Notes: generated by a model from the letters alone, not told the origin. Positions 51,871 through 62,755 are shown, counted from the stretch's first letter. The stretch is DNA of 64,000 nt from Hyphomicrobiales bacterium (GCA_021775475.1 JAJFHS010000006.1:21530-85529), one strand, 5' to 3'. Translations and numbers: made by a program.

Positions 51871-52458
51871 CTAAAATTCGATTAATCCATTCTCACATAA
51901 AACACCATCAAGCGGTTGGTCAAACCCATCATGAGGAACGGCGTCAACTTCCTGCCCGCTAAATGCCAGACCAATGGCCTTTATTGCACCGCGCTGCCGC
52001 AACAACGCCAGGGTGCGGTCATAAAACCCGCCACCATAGCCCAGACGATAACCGGCGCGATCAAATGCCAGCAAAGGCACTAACAACAGCGAAGGCGTGA
52101 CAGTTGCCACATCATGTTGCGGCGTAAAGACATCAAAATCGCCCTTGATCAGGCGATCTCCGGGTTGATAGGCGAGAAACGTCAGGGGTGTGTTCGCAGC
52201 CGTCACCAGCGGCAGACCGATGGCAAAGCTACGGGTAAAAAACTGCTCTAACAGACCCATGGCGTCAATTTCACTGCCAATAGCAACATAACCTGACACC
52301 ACGCACCCGTGCTCTTCGGGCGTTAAATCATCGACAAACTGAAGCACGGATTTTGCCGCGCGCCCTTTATCACGCTCAAACAGTTCAGCCCGGTGCAAAG
52401 CTGCCGATTTACGTAAAAGTGCCTTGTCTTTTTTTAAGGAATCTGACGGCGTCATCAT
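51871..52458 (-). CDS. fau: 5-formyltetrahydrofolate cyclo-ligase
   Basis: K..LRK N-terminus, LLLVPLLAFDRAGYRLGYGGGFYDRTL, HDGFDQPLD; directly downstream of the 6S RNA. Confidence 0.95.
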   Translation of the reverse strand: MMTPSDSLKKDKALLRKSAALHRAELFERDKGRAAKSVLQFVDDLTPEEHGCVVSGYVAIGSEIDAMGLLEQFFTRSFAIGLPLVTAANTPLTFLAYQPGDRLIKGDFDVFTPQHDVATVTPSLLLVPLLAFDRAGYRLGYGGGFYDRTLALLRQRGAIKAIGLAFSGQEVDAVPHDGFDQPLDGVLCENGLIEF

Positions 52459-52480
52459 AAGTTTGCTATTTCAAATAAAG

Positions 52481-52640
52481 CGGGCGGAGCCACAGTTAAG
52501 CGTTGAAGGATGCGATCCCGGGTACCTACAATGTAGGTGGGCGCCAAATGAAAGGAACCACGGTTCCAGCCAGCGTCGGCTCCCTAGTGGATCGATAAGG
52601 CCCCGGAAATTAAACTTCTGACGACAAAACGCAGCACCGC
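52481..52640 (-). ncRNA. ssrS: 6S RNA
   Basis: Minus strand GGGGCCTTATCGATCCACTAGGGAGC...GGCGCCCACCTAC..TGTAGGT.CCCGGGATCG matches alphaproteobacterial 6S; canonical position upstream of fau. Confidence 0.9.
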
Positions 52641-52751
52641 CACAGGCGTATTTAAGCCCATAGCTGTCTACGATCCAGTAAATTTTTAAGAATATGTCGA
52701 TGACCCAGGCCATAAAGAAGATTTAACTATTTGATCCATTACGATTATTGA

Positions 52752-53513
52752 TCATGCATGAGAATACATGCTGGGCATTTCGTCCCAAGTTCTACCTTTA
52801 AATGTGCGACCCGTATGTTTCTTGTTCACACCGCCCCATTGTTTGAAAAAGAAATGAACGCCAAATTTCTCACTCTGATCAAAAATTTCATCAACCCACT
52901 CAATCTTTAGTGGTCTTGAATTTGGTCCTGATTCACCTCCAACAATCGCCCAATCAATATTTGATAAGTTTACTCTGCCAACAGGTCCGATCAATGGCTC
53001 AAACGAGATAAATCTAACAACCGCTCGGCAACGTTTTAATTCAGCAATGCGGTGAACGACCCGCTCATCTTCTACCGATGTTCCAAGCCAAACATTTTTT
53101 AGGGCATGCTTATTTCGTTGACGTAGAAATTCCGCCATGCGTTCAGGTTGTTTGGTAAGAATTTGGAATGTATGCAGCTTGGCTTGCTCCATAATCTGCC
53201 AAACGAGCTCAACATACTCAAACGGCACTCCGTCTTGAAACAAATCCGACATGGAATTAACAAAAACAAGTCGAGGTTTTTTCCATGTCAGTGGAATATC
53301 CAAAGTATGTTCAAGTAGATGGGTCTTGCCCGTCCAGATATGGCGGTTACCGCTTTTGCGCGTTGTTCCCTTATAGGAAGAATGTTCCATAGCTTGAAGG
53401 CGTGCGGCCATCCGCATGGCGTAGCAGTTGGTGCAGCCGGCAGAAAGCACACGACATCCCGATACAGGATTCCAGGTTGCATCGGTCCACTCGATATCAG
53501 ACAATCCGGCCAT
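52752..53513 (-). CDS. DUF5131 (phage Gp37/Gp68) three-Cys-motif, radical-SAM-like protein
   Basis: IEWTDATWNPVSGC-x6-C-x2-CYA, FVNSMSDLF, FQILTKQPER, NVWLGTSVE, FISFEPLIG, WAIVGGESG, FFFKQWGG. Confidence 0.92.
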   Translation of the reverse strand: MAGLSDIEWTDATWNPVSGCRVLSAGCTNCYAMRMAARLQAMEHSSYKGTTRKSGNRHIWTGKTHLLEHTLDIPLTWKKPRLVFVNSMSDLFQDGVPFEYVELVWQIMEQAKLHTFQILTKQPERMAEFLRQRNKHALKNVWLGTSVEDERVVHRIAELKRCRAVVRFISFEPLIGPVGRVNLSNIDWAIVGGESGPNSRPLKIEWVDEIFDQSEKFGVHFFFKQWGGVNKKHTGRTFKGRTWDEMPSMYSHA

Positions 53514-54405
53514 GTTTCCGATCCGTTGCTTTAACTGCCGCCTTGGATAGACGATTTGCAAGCGCTTTAGCTTTCGTCGATGCATTTCCCCAGGCGAATA
53601 AGAGATAATACGATGGATAAGCGTGTTTCCCTAGCGGAATCATCTCATCCATCACACCACCTTTAAATACGCTTTTTAAGCGCTTAATCATGAACAGAGC
53701 CGCACTTTCGGGTGTGACGACCTTATCTTGTGTCACAGGTCCTCCGAAGAAATCACCCTGTTTCGAAGGCTGAAAAAATGCGTTCTTCCATGCATCAGTT
53801 CCAAATAGTCTGGTGATGGAGGCCTCATGTGTCTGATCAACCGTACCGTCTTTCGAAATCTGTCGAAACACGCCCGATCCAGCGGGAAACAAATACCAAA
53901 GATCAAGTGCTTTCGTGGCTGCAATGGCTTCAATGGCTTCAATGGCTTCAATGGTCTGCCAATTCACCTGACTTCCAAAGGGATCGAGTAATACAACGCC
54001 TCGCTGAGAGCGCCACTGTTCGGACGTACAAAGCTTCTGAATATGTGCGTTGGCATCTCCAATGAGATGAATCACACGATCAGCATTCGGGCTGTCTTTA
54101 AATTTGGCCTTCAATGCATCAATGCACTCCTTCCGTTTATCAATGAAAATATAGCGGGCGAAGGGTGGATCAACTTTCAAGGCCCTATCTGCCGACCCGG
54201 CAATAACAGTCTTCACATCTTCGTCGACGAAAAGGCCATCCTTGTGCTCTGCAAGCGGCACCTCGCCACTGCCGGCAAAACCGTCAACGTAGATGGTTTG
54301 AAATGAAAAATTAGCAAGGGCCTTCTGATACATTGAGAGATATACCTCAATAACGTCAAGCTTTCTGCCTGTCGATTTCGCGCTGCCAAACTTTTTTTGA
54401 GCCAT
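53497..54405 (-). CDS. tcmP: Three-Cys-motif partner protein TcmP (class I SAM methyltransferase-like)
   Basis: K...Y...Y N-terminus, YVDGFAGSG, YIFID, GDAN, LLDPFG, YYLLFA; overlaps the DUF5131 start by 17 nt. Confidence 0.85.
   Translation of the reverse strand: MAQKKFGSAKSTGRKLDVIEVYLSMYQKALANFSFQTIYVDGFAGSGEVPLAEHKDGLFVDEDVKTVIAGSADRALKVDPPFARYIFIDKRKECIDALKAKFKDSPNADRVIHLIGDANAHIQKLCTSEQWRSQRGVVLLDPFGSQVNWQTIEAIEAIEAIAATKALDLWYLFPAGSGVFRQISKDGTVDQTHEASITRLFGTDAWKNAFFQPSKQGDFFGGPVTQDKVVTPESAALFMIKRLKSVFKGGVMDEMIPLGKHAYPSYYLLFAWGNASTKAKALANRLSKAAVKATDRKHGRIV
53922..53954. repeat. 9-bp in-frame tandem repeat (caatggctt x3 + partial) in tcmP
   Basis: Read directly; encodes IEAIEAIEAI. Confidence 0.9.
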
Positions 54406-54612
54406 CTCACCTCTCGAGAACAAATTAAGAACATTCTGTCAGGGTTTATGAAGACTTGCAAGAGGAATTAATAGGAGACATACCCATTAGCTCCTCTTTC
54501 GAACTAACGGGAGAAGGTTATTCAGTTCTTCATTCGACTACTGAAAACCCAACACCAAACCAACTTCAATGTTCGAATAACAGACCAAATATGTCTAATT
54601 AATGGGTTCCAC

Positions 54613-54972
54613 CTATGCGTGAATACGGCTGGCCAGAACTTCAATGCGTTGGGCTGTGGTTTCCAGCATGGTGGCAAATTCGTCTTCATTCGAACGACTA
54701 AGTTCAATTTCAGCAGCGCGGGCCTCTTTCAGGCCTTCAATTTCATCTTTCAGGGCTGTTATGGTTTTTTGTGCATCGTCCAGCTTGTCAGCCACCATCA
54801 ATGCCGCCATCACCATTAATCTGAGATCACCGATCTGGCCAAAACTGGTTTGCATTTCACCAACCTGGGCGTCAAGACCGGCGGCCAGAGCGTGCAGATG
54901 TTCTTCTTCTCCATCCTCACACGCCATCTCATATTGACGTTTATTTATCTCGACAGATATTTTTACCATCAA
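54613..54972 (-). CDS. zapA: Cell division protein ZapA
   Basis: ISVEINKRQYEMACEDGEEEHL, FGQIGDLRLMVMAALMVAD. Confidence 0.93.
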   Translation of the reverse strand: MMVKISVEINKRQYEMACEDGEEEHLHALAAGLDAQVGEMQTSFGQIGDLRLMVMAALMVADKLDDAQKTITALKDEIEGLKEARAAEIELSRSNEDEFATMLETTAQRIEVLASRIHA

Positions 54973-54978
54973 AGTCCC

Positions 54979-55254
54979 CTACACAGCACGCAATACGTCA
55001 CTGATGTTTTCCACTGCGGTATCGAGGCGCTCGGCTACCTCATTATTGGCATCTTCCAGCACTATCGTCCGCGCCTTTTCAGCGTCAAGTGCGGTGGATA
55101 ATTCCGCATTCTGTTTCTTGAGAGAAGCAACATCAAGCACCTTTGCTTTTCTGGAGTTCTGCTGTTTGTCAAATTTGACAATGGATGCCTCAAGAGCATC
55201 AAGTGCATTATTCAGTTTTTCCATACCGTAATTCAGCCGCGACTGATCCACCAT
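54979..55254 (-). CDS. DUF4164 / ZapB-like coiled-coil protein
   Basis: Short coiled coil ending RLDTAVENISDVL, directly upstream of zapA and divergent from tkt. Confidence 0.8.
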   Translation of the reverse strand: MVDQSRLNYGMEKLNNALDALEASIVKFDKQQNSRKAKVLDVASLKKQNAELSTALDAEKARTIVLEDANNEVAERLDTAVENISDVLRAV

Positions 55255-55599
55255 TTCTTCCTCTTAAACTCCGCTAACCAGTAAACTGACAACGAATCCC
55301 AAAATAAACATATTTTACCGTGTTTGCATTCAAATTTTCGCAAGCTGTCCCCAACATCGGACGATTACCCATACCAATTGAGGAAATTATATGGCGATTT
55401 TTCCCCAACTTTAAAAAAAACACGCCGTTTGACCACAGATTTACATTCTTTGTCACACAACCATTGACTCTGTTTACCCAGTTGGTATTTGTTCATCGCC
55501 TTTCCAGAATTGAAGTCCTAATTAAATCCGCAAGGTCATCAACGGGAAACCAGCAGGCCTATTTCAGACGATTATTTTTTACAACCGGTTTAGAAAACA

Positions 55600-57642
55600 A
55601 TGGCAACAGATACCCAGAATTCTCAGAAAAACGGCGACACACCCGAGCGCACTGATACAATTTGCACCAATCATAATTCCTTGGCAAACGCCATTCGGGC
55701 CTTGTCCATGGATGCGGTACAAGCGGCCAAATCCGGCCACCCGGGTCTGCCCATGGGGGCCGCCGACATTGCAACGGTTTTGTTCACCCGCTTCATCAAG
55801 CTCGATCCAAAAAAGCCCAACTGGCCCGACCGCGACCGCTTTATCCTGTCTGCCGGTCACGGTTCCATGCTGCTCTATTCCTGCCTTCACCTTCTGGGCT
55901 ACGAAGACATGACAATTGAGGAGTTGAAAAACTTCCGCCAGTTTGGTGCCAAAACCGCTGGACACCCTGAATATGGCCATGCAACCGGCATTGAAACCAC
56001 CACCGGTCCCTTAGGCCAGGGCATCGGCAATGCGGTTGGCATGGCGATTGCCGAGCGTCTGCTGGCGACGCGCTTTGGCGACGATATTGTTGATCACTAT
56101 ACTTACGTTTTATGCGGTGACGGCGATCTTATGGAAGGCATTTCGCACGAAGCTATTTCTCTTGCCGGCCATCTTAAGTTGTCAAAACTGATTGTCCTGT
56201 TTGACGATAATAATATCTCGATTGACGGCCCGCTCGACCTTACTGAAAGCGGCGATCAACTGGCCCGTTTTAAAGCCGCTGGCTGGAATGCCAGCCGCAT
56301 TGACGGCCACGACCCTGAAGCCATAGCCAACGAAATTGCCGCCGCCAAACTTAACTCTGGCCCTTCACTCATTGCCTGCAAAACCATTATTGGTTTTGGC
56401 GCGCCCAACAAGCAGGGTACCTCGGGCGTTCACGGTGCCCCACTTGGTGAAGCTGAAATTGCAGCCGCACGAAAACAGCTGGGCTGGGATCACGAACCCT
56501 TTGAGATTCCATCAGGAATTCGCGATGCCTGGCGCCTTGGTGGTTTAAAAAGCGCCAAAGCCTCGCGCAGTTGGCAAGAGCGCCTTGAGGGTCTTGATGC
56601 TGACACCCGCGCCGAATTCGAACGCCGCACCCGTGGCGATCTGCCCGCTTCCTTTGCTGGCGCAATTGAAGCCTACAAGCAGGAACTGGCCGACAATCCG
56701 CCAACCATCGCGACACGTAAATCTTCGCAAGCTGCCTTGACCGTTATCAACGCCATTGTGCCCGAGACCATTGCCGGATCAGCCGATCTTACCGGCTCCA
56801 ACAATACCAATACCGTTGATACATTGCCGATTACCCCGGATGATTTTTCCGGCCGTTTTATCCATTATGGCATTCGCGAACACGCCATGGCCGCTGCCAT
56901 GAACGGCATGGCCCTGCATGGCGGGTTGATACCTTACAGTGGCGGATTTTTGATTTTCGCTGATTATTGCCGCCCCTCCATTCGTCTGGCCGCTTTAATG
57001 AACTTGCGTGTTATTCACGTGCTCACCCATGATTCAATCGGTCTGGGCGAAGATGGCCCCACCCATCAGCCGGTCGAACATCTGGCAAGCTTGCGCGCAA
57101 TCCCGAATCTCAATGTTTTCAGACCTGCGGACGCAACCGAAACTGCCGAATGCTGGCAACTGGCGCTGGAGAGCAAAAACACACCTTCCGTAATTGCGCT
57201 CACCCGGCAAGATCTCAAACCGGCGCGCCTGGATTTTTCCGCCCGTAATCTGTGCGCTCTTGGCGCTTATGAAGTTCGCGGCGCCAACGACGAAGCCGTT
57301 GTGACGCTGTTTGCTTCTGGTTCAGAAGTTGAACTGGCCATTGAAGCCAAAGCCATGCTGGATAAGGCGGGCAAGCCCACCCGGGTTGTCTCTGTACCTT
57401 GCTTTGAGCTGTTTGCTCAACAATCAGCCGAATATCGCAAATCAATTATCGGCTCGGCTGGCGTCCACATTGGTATTGAAGCCGCCATTCGCATGGGCTG
57501 GGATCAAATCATCGGATCAGACGCCATATTCATTGGTATGAGCACTTTTGGTGCCAGTGCACCTTACAAGGAATTATACCAGCATTTCGGCATCACTGCG
57601 CAAGCCGTGGTGGATGCGGCGATTAGTCAACTGGAAAAATAA
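55600..57642 (+). CDS. tkt: Transketolase
   Basis: [50 protein letters not shown]. Confidence 0.98.
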   Translation: MATDTQNSQKNGDTPERTDTICTNHNSLANAIRALSMDAVQAAKSGHPGLPMGAADIATVLFTRFIKLDPKKPNWPDRDRFILSAGHGSMLLYSCLHLLGYEDMTIEELKNFRQFGAKTAGHPEYGHATGIETTTGPLGQGIGNAVGMAIAERLLATRFGDDIVDHYTYVLCGDGDLMEGISHEAISLAGHLKLSKLIVLFDDNNISIDGPLDLTESGDQLARFKAAGWNASRIDGHDPEAIANEIAAAKLNSGPSLIACKTIIGFGAPNKQGTSGVHGAPLGEAEIAAARKQLGWDHEPFEIPSGIRDAWRLGGLKSAKASRSWQERLEGLDADTRAEFERRTRGDLPASFAGAIEAYKQELADNPPTIATRKSSQAALTVINAIVPETIAGSADLTGSNNTNTVDTLPITPDDFSGRFIHYGIREHAMAAAMNGMALHGGLIPYSGGFLIFADYCRPSIRLAALMNLRVIHVLTHDSIGLGEDGPTHQPVEHLASLRAIPNLNVFRPADATETAECWQLALESKNTPSVIALTRQDLKPARLDFSARNLCALGAYEVRGANDEAVVTLFASGSEVELAIEAKAMLDKAGKPTRVVSVPCFELFAQQSAEYRKSIIGSAGVHIGIEAAIRMGWDQIIGSDAIFIGMSTFGASAPYKELYQHFGITAQAVVDAAISQLEK

Positions 57643-57696
57643 TCAGGAACATTATACAGACACGCAACTGCAGTGTCGCTTGAGGAGAAAAAAGCA

Positions 57697-58704
57697 ATGG
57701 CAATTCGAGTAGCTATCAACGGGTTTGGCCGTATTGGTCGTCATATATTGCGGGCAATCGCGGAATCAGGCCGCACCGATATCGAAGTCGTTGCCCTGAA
57801 TGATCTGGGTTCCATAAAGACCACAGCGCATCTGTTCAAATATGATTCAGTCCATGGCCGCTTTTCAGGCGATGTAAAAGTCCTCGATAACGGTATTGAT
57901 CTGGGCAACGGCCTGATCGAGTGTTTTTCCGAGCGCAACCCGGCAGACCTGCCCTGGGGTCGCCTCAACATTGATGTCGCACTCGAATGTACCGGTGTTT
58001 TTGCCAGCAAGGAAAAAGCCTCGGCTCATTTAACCGCCGGTGCTAAAAAAGTGTTGATTTCAGCGCCGGCCGGCGGCGTTGATGCCACCATTGTTTACGG
58101 TGTCAATCACATGGAGCTGGACAAATCCCACGATGTTGTCTCGTGCGCATCGTGCACGACAAACTGCCTGGCACCGGTTGCCAAGGTTCTGCATGAATTG
58201 TGCGGTATTGAACGCGGGTTTATGACCACCATTCATGCCTACACCGGCGATCAACCCGTCGTCGATACGGACCATTCCGACCTCAGGCGCGCGCGCGCCG
58301 CCGCCATGTCAATGATCCCCACCTCCACCGGTGCTGCCAAAGCGCTTGGTCTGGTGTTGCCTGAACTTCAGGGCAAGCTCGACGGCACATCAATCCGCGT
58401 GCCCACGCCTGACGTCTCTCTGATTGATCTGGCATTTGTACCGGCTAACACAACCAGCGTAGAAGCCATCAATGAAGCCATGAAAGCGGCCGCAGCGGGA
58501 CCTCTTGAAGGTGTTCTTGCTGTTAATGATGATCCACTGGTATCGATTGATTTCACCCACAATCCGGCGTCATCTACCTTTGATTTGACCCAGACCCAGA
58601 TTGTTGATGGTGGCCTGGTCCGCGTTTTGTCGTGGTATGATAATGAGTGGGGCTTTTCAAATCGTATGAGCGATGTCGCTGTCCTTATGGGTAAACTGCT
58701 ATAG
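57697..58704 (+). CDS. gap: Glyceraldehyde-3-phosphate dehydrogenase (type I)
   Basis: [40 protein letters not shown]. Confidence 0.98.
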   Translation: MAIRVAINGFGRIGRHILRAIAESGRTDIEVVALNDLGSIKTTAHLFKYDSVHGRFSGDVKVLDNGIDLGNGLIECFSERNPADLPWGRLNIDVALECTGVFASKEKASAHLTAGAKKVLISAPAGGVDATIVYGVNHMELDKSHDVVSCASCTTNCLAPVAKVLHELCGIERGFMTTIHAYTGDQPVVDTDHSDLRRARAAAMSMIPTSTGAAKALGLVLPELQGKLDGTSIRVPTPDVSLIDLAFVPANTTSVEAINEAMKAAAAGPLEGVLAVNDDPLVSIDFTHNPASSTFDLTQTQIVDGGLVRVLSWYDNEWGFSNRMSDVAVLMGKLL

Positions 58705-59907
58705 ATGAGCAAACTGAAAACACTGGATGACCTCGACGTCAATGCCAAACGTGTTTTACTGCGCGTTGATTTAAACGTGCCTCTTGATGGCGAAAAAGTG
58801 CGCGATGCCACGCGCATTGACCGCGTTTTGCCGACAATAAAAGAATTGCTCGACAAAAACGCCGCCATCATCGTGCTCTCGCACATGGGCCGCCCTAAAG
58901 GTGCCGTAGTACCGGAAATGTCGCTTCAGCCTGTGGTCGCCGTTTTAGCGGAAAAAATTGGCAGACCGGTGAAGTTCATTAAAACCGACTGGTGCAACAG
59001 CAATGCAACCAGAGCGGCTCAACAGATGCAGCCAGGTGACGTTTTAGTGCTAGAAAACACCCGGTTTTCTGCCGGTGAAGAAAGTAATGATCCTGCCTTT
59101 ATCAAACAACTGCAAGACCTCGGTGAGGTCTACGTTGATGATGCTTTTTCAACCGCTCACAGGGCTCATGCCTCAACTGAGGGCATTGCCCACCTCCTGC
59201 CAGCCGCTGCCGGCCGGGCGATGGAAAGGGAGCTTGATGCCCTCGACAAGGCGCTTGGCAGTCCCCAACACCCCTTGGTGGCCGTCATCGGTGGCGCAAA
59301 AATTTCATCCAAACTCGACCTGATCGGTAATTTGTGCAGTAAAGTTGATGTGCTGGTTATCGGCGGCGCCATGGCCAATACGTTTCTTGCCGCTCAAGGT
59401 TTCAGCGTCGGCAAATCCTTATGTGAGTATGATTTGCTGGGTGTCGCCCGCAGTATTCTCAAAACAGCTGAAGAAAAAAACACCCGCGTCATTCTGCCCA
59501 CAGACGTGGTGGTGGCAGAAGATTTTAAGGCCCACGCCAAATCCCGTGTATGCCCGGTGACAGATGTACGCGATGACGAAATGATACTGGATATCGGCAC
59601 CGACAGCCTGAAACATCTTGAAGGCATTTTTGCCGATGCCAAAACCGTGGTATGGAACGGACCTTTTGGTGCCTTTGAAATACCACCATTTGATCACGGC
59701 ACCAATGTGGCAGCAGGCATGGTGGCCAAGCTTACCAAATCCGGGCGTTTAAGTTCGATTGCCGGTGGCGGTGATACTGTTGCCGCTTTGAAAAACGCTA
59801 GCGTCAGTGATGATTTCACTTTTATTTCAACCGCCGGCGGTGCATTTTTGGAATGGCTCGAAGGCAAGGAATTACCCGGTGTCAAGGTTTTACAGAAAAA
59901 CTGCTGA
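58705..59907 (+). CDS. pgk: Phosphoglycerate kinase
   Basis: RVDLNVP, LENTRF, DAFSTAHRAHAS, WNGPFGAFE, GGGDT, STAGGAFLE. Confidence 0.98.
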   Translation: MSKLKTLDDLDVNAKRVLLRVDLNVPLDGEKVRDATRIDRVLPTIKELLDKNAAIIVLSHMGRPKGAVVPEMSLQPVVAVLAEKIGRPVKFIKTDWCNSNATRAAQQMQPGDVLVLENTRFSAGEESNDPAFIKQLQDLGEVYVDDAFSTAHRAHASTEGIAHLLPAAAGRAMERELDALDKALGSPQHPLVAVIGGAKISSKLDLIGNLCSKVDVLVIGGAMANTFLAAQGFSVGKSLCEYDLLGVARSILKTAEEKNTRVILPTDVVVAEDFKAHAKSRVCPVTDVRDDEMILDIGTDSLKHLEGIFADAKTVVWNGPFGAFEIPPFDHGTNVAAGMVAKLTKSGRLSSIAGGGDTVAALKNASVSDDFTFISTAGGAFLEWLEGKELPGVKVLQKNC

Positions 59908-59958
59908 CCTGATGCTGCCTGAATTGATTAAGGTAAAATTTCAATGGGAGACGAAAAC

Positions 59959-60987
59959 ATGACCGCACACGCGCAGGAACTTCGCCAGATTGCTCAAAAA
60001 ATGGTCGCCACCGGCAAAGGCATCCTAGCCGCCGACGAAAGCAGCGGCACCATTAAAAAGCGCTTTGACAGTATCAATACAGAATCGTCCGAACAAAACC
60101 GGCGCGATTACCGCGAATTTTTATTCCGAACCACACACGCCATGAAAAACCACATCTCCGGTGTTATCCTGTTTGATGAAACCTTGCGGCAAAAAGCAGC
60201 CGATGGCACATCCTTATGTCAGGTTATATGCGATACCGGTGCCATCCCCGGCATCAAAGTCGATACCGGCGCCAAGGATCTTGCCGACAGCCCCGGTGAA
60301 AAAATCACCGAAGGCCTTGATGGTCTGCGTGAACGTTTTGCCGAATACCACGAACTTGGTGCCCGCTTTGCCAAATGGCGCGCCGTTATCAATATCGGCC
60401 CCGGCATTCCGACACAACACTGCCTCAACGCCAATGCACACGCGCTCGCCCGCTACGCAGCACTGGCTCAGGAAGCAGGAATTGTCCCCATCGTCGAGCC
60501 AGAAGTTATCATGGATGGCGATCATGATATTGATCGCTGTTTTGACGTAACTTCGGCCGCCCTCAAAGCTTTATTCAACGCTTTGGAAGAGCAAAATGTC
60601 ATGCTCGAAGGGGTTATTTTAAAACCCAACATGGTGCTGTCCGGCTCAACCTGTGCGGTGCAGGCCAGTGATGAAGAAATAGCAGAAAAAACCATTCAGT
60701 GTTTTAAGGAAAATGTGCCTTCTGCCATACCGGGTATTGTATTTTTATCCGGTGGCCAGTCAGACAAACAGGCGACCTCTCGATTAAACGCCATGAACAA
60801 AATCGCAGATTTGCCCTGGAAACTCAGCTTTTCCTACGGTCGCGCCTTGCAGGCTGCGCCACTTAAAGCCTGGTGCGGCAAAGTGGAAAATGTCAATTCT
60901 GCCCAATCAGCATTCGCTCATCGCGCCCGCATGAACGGATTGGCAGCTTGCGGCAACTGGGAATCATCGATGGAAACATCCTCATAG
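59959..60987 (+). CDS. fba: Class I fructose-bisphosphate aldolase
   Basis: KGILAADES, FAKWR, IVPIVEPEV, LKPNMV, FLSGGQS, SFSYGRALQ. Confidence 0.96.
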   Translation: MTAHAQELRQIAQKMVATGKGILAADESSGTIKKRFDSINTESSEQNRRDYREFLFRTTHAMKNHISGVILFDETLRQKAADGTSLCQVICDTGAIPGIKVDTGAKDLADSPGEKITEGLDGLRERFAEYHELGARFAKWRAVINIGPGIPTQHCLNANAHALARYAALAQEAGIVPIVEPEVIMDGDHDIDRCFDVTSAALKALFNALEEQNVMLEGVILKPNMVLSGSTCAVQASDEEIAEKTIQCFKENVPSAIPGIVFLSGGQSDKQATSRLNAMNKIADLPWKLSFSYGRALQAAPLKAWCGKVENVNSAQSAFAHRARMNGLAACGNWESSMETSS

Positions 60988-61062
60988 ATTTTGCCCACAA
61001 GTCGCCTTAATCAAACGATAGTGATAAGCCTTGTCACGAAAATGTGTGGAGGGTTGGGTCTG

Positions 61063-61698
61063 GTGAGCGAACATCCTTGTAGATTGTATTTGTCAGCCCC
61101 TGAGGGCCAGCCGCTGGATGTTCTTGGGCTTTTGCTGAGTGAGGCCCTGAGCGCCAATGATGTTGCCGCTGTTCTTTATTCAAACACCGGCGAGACTTCC
61201 CCCGAACATGCCAGCACCTTGATGCAATGTGCACTTGACCATGAAGCTGCATTTATTGTCGCTGACGACATTGCATTTGCCCGTCAGATTGGCGCCGACG
61301 GCGTACAGGTTTCCGGCGACATTGAAACCTATGAAAAGGCCAGAAAAAAACTCGGTGATGACCGCATCGTCGGCCTCACTACAGCCCTTAATCGCCACGA
61401 CGTCATGTGTTTTGGTGAGATCGGCAGTAACTACATCTTATTCGACGCCGATCTTCCCAATCCACATCCCTCCGATGACCCCCAGTCGCTGGAAAGTCTG
61501 ATTGACTGGTGGAGCGGATTGTTTGAAATTCCCTGTGTTGCTCCAGTATGCGCCGAAGGGGATAGAAACCGGGCACTGATTGACGCCGGTGTTGATTTTC
61601 TCTTCCTCGATGCCACCATCTGGAATTCCCGTCAAAACGCCAACGTGACCCTGAAATCAATAAGTGATTTGATTGCAGATTGCGGCAGAAAACAATGA
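61063..61698 (+). CDS. Thiamine-phosphate synthase (ThiE)-like TIM barrel, divergent
   Basis: CRLYL, IVADD..A..IGADGV, RHDVM, WWSGLFEIPCVA, AGVDFL; GTG start after GGAGGG; conserved position after fba. Confidence 0.75.
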   Translation: MSEHPCRLYLSAPEGQPLDVLGLLLSEALSANDVAAVLYSNTGETSPEHASTLMQCALDHEAAFIVADDIAFARQIGADGVQVSGDIETYEKARKKLGDDRIVGLTTALNRHDVMCFGEIGSNYILFDADLPNPHPSDDPQSLESLIDWWSGLFEIPCVAPVCAEGDRNRALIDAGVDFLFLDATIWNSRQNANVTLKSISDLIADCGRKQ

Positions 61699-62630
61699 AG
61701 TTGCGACCAACATATGCCCTGATTGCCATCATCTTCGCTTTTGGTGTTTTTCCAGGCACAGCATTAGCACAATACCGCGAAGCCTTCGCAGCCTATACCA
61801 AGGGTGAATATGCAACCGCCTTTCGCCAGGCTTTGAAGGCCGCTGAAACCGGTGATTTACGCGCCCAGACTATGCTGGGATCATTGTATCTTACCGGTCG
61901 CGGCGTCAAAAAAAATCTTGAGCGTGCCCGCATCTGGTTTGAAAAAGCCGCAAATAAAGGCCATCGCGAAGCCCAGTTTGAACTGGCCTTGATGCTCATG
62001 GCGAAAAAAGAAGGCCCGGTTAACATGGATCAGGTCCGTCTGAATTTCTTCAGAGCCGCCAAACAGGGCCATGTCAGGGCACAATATAACATGGGCATAT
62101 TGAATACCGGCATACAAGGCCTTGAGGCGAATTGGGACGAGGCCGCCAAGTGGTTTAGAAAAGCTGCCGAACAGGGCAACGCTCTGGCGCAATACAGCCT
62201 CGGCGTTCTTTTCGCCGAAGGACGCGGGGTTGAAAAAAACCAGATTGAAAGTGCAAAATGGATCGGCAAAGCCGCCATTCAGGGCAATGTTGATGCTGCT
62301 GTTGATTATGGCTTTTTGTCTTTCAAGGGCGATGGCCTGGAAAAGGATGAAAAAGTCGGTGCCAAGTGGCTGCTTTTTGCCGCCAACAAGGGCAATGTCG
62401 TGGCCCAGAACCGCATGGCACGGCTGTACCACAAAGGCCGCGGTGTTGAGCGCGATTTTATTGAAGCGGCCAAATGGAACATTCTCGCCCGCGCCCGTGG
62501 GCTCACCAACACCGAGCTTGATGAATTAACCACAGCATTAAGTGAAGGCGAGAGAGGCGAAGCCAAAAGGCGGGCCAAATTATGGGAAAAACAATACGGT
62601 TCACCCGCCAAATCAAACCTTTCTCAATGA
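61695..62630 (+). CDS. Sel1-repeat (TPR) secreted protein
   Basis: Signal peptide and repeated A..G...AQ..LG.LY..G.GV units. Confidence 0.92.
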   Translation: MKLRPTYALIAIIFAFGVFPGTALAQYREAFAAYTKGEYATAFRQALKAAETGDLRAQTMLGSLYLTGRGVKKNLERARIWFEKAANKGHREAQFELALMLMAKKEGPVNMDQVRLNFFRAAKQGHVRAQYNMGILNTGIQGLEANWDEAAKWFRKAAEQGNALAQYSLGVLFAEGRGVEKNQIESAKWIGKAAIQGNVDAAVDYGFLSFKGDGLEKDEKVGAKWLLFAANKGNVVAQNRMARLYHKGRGVERDFIEAAKWNILARARGLTNTELDELTTALSEGERGEAKRRAKLWEKQYGSPAKSNLSQ

Positions 62631-62755
62631 AGAAACTCACTTTACAAATTTAAATGTGCTTTTCAGGTGCAAACTTATGGAAGACTTGATAGGTTGCGCA
62701 CAAATCGCGACCTGGACTGTGATGCGGTCCGGGCATTTATGAGGTCACTTCCAAC

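Noticed and set aside
54429-54602. 57-codon open frame between tcmP and zapA (…YEDLQEELIGDIPISS…)
   Set aside because: No good start or RBS and no recognisable family; it could be a decayed fragment but this is unsupported.
52640-54612. Possible att or direct repeats flanking the tcmP module
   Set aside because: Only a short cccat(t)agct similarity was found, not enough to call a target duplication; no integrase is present.
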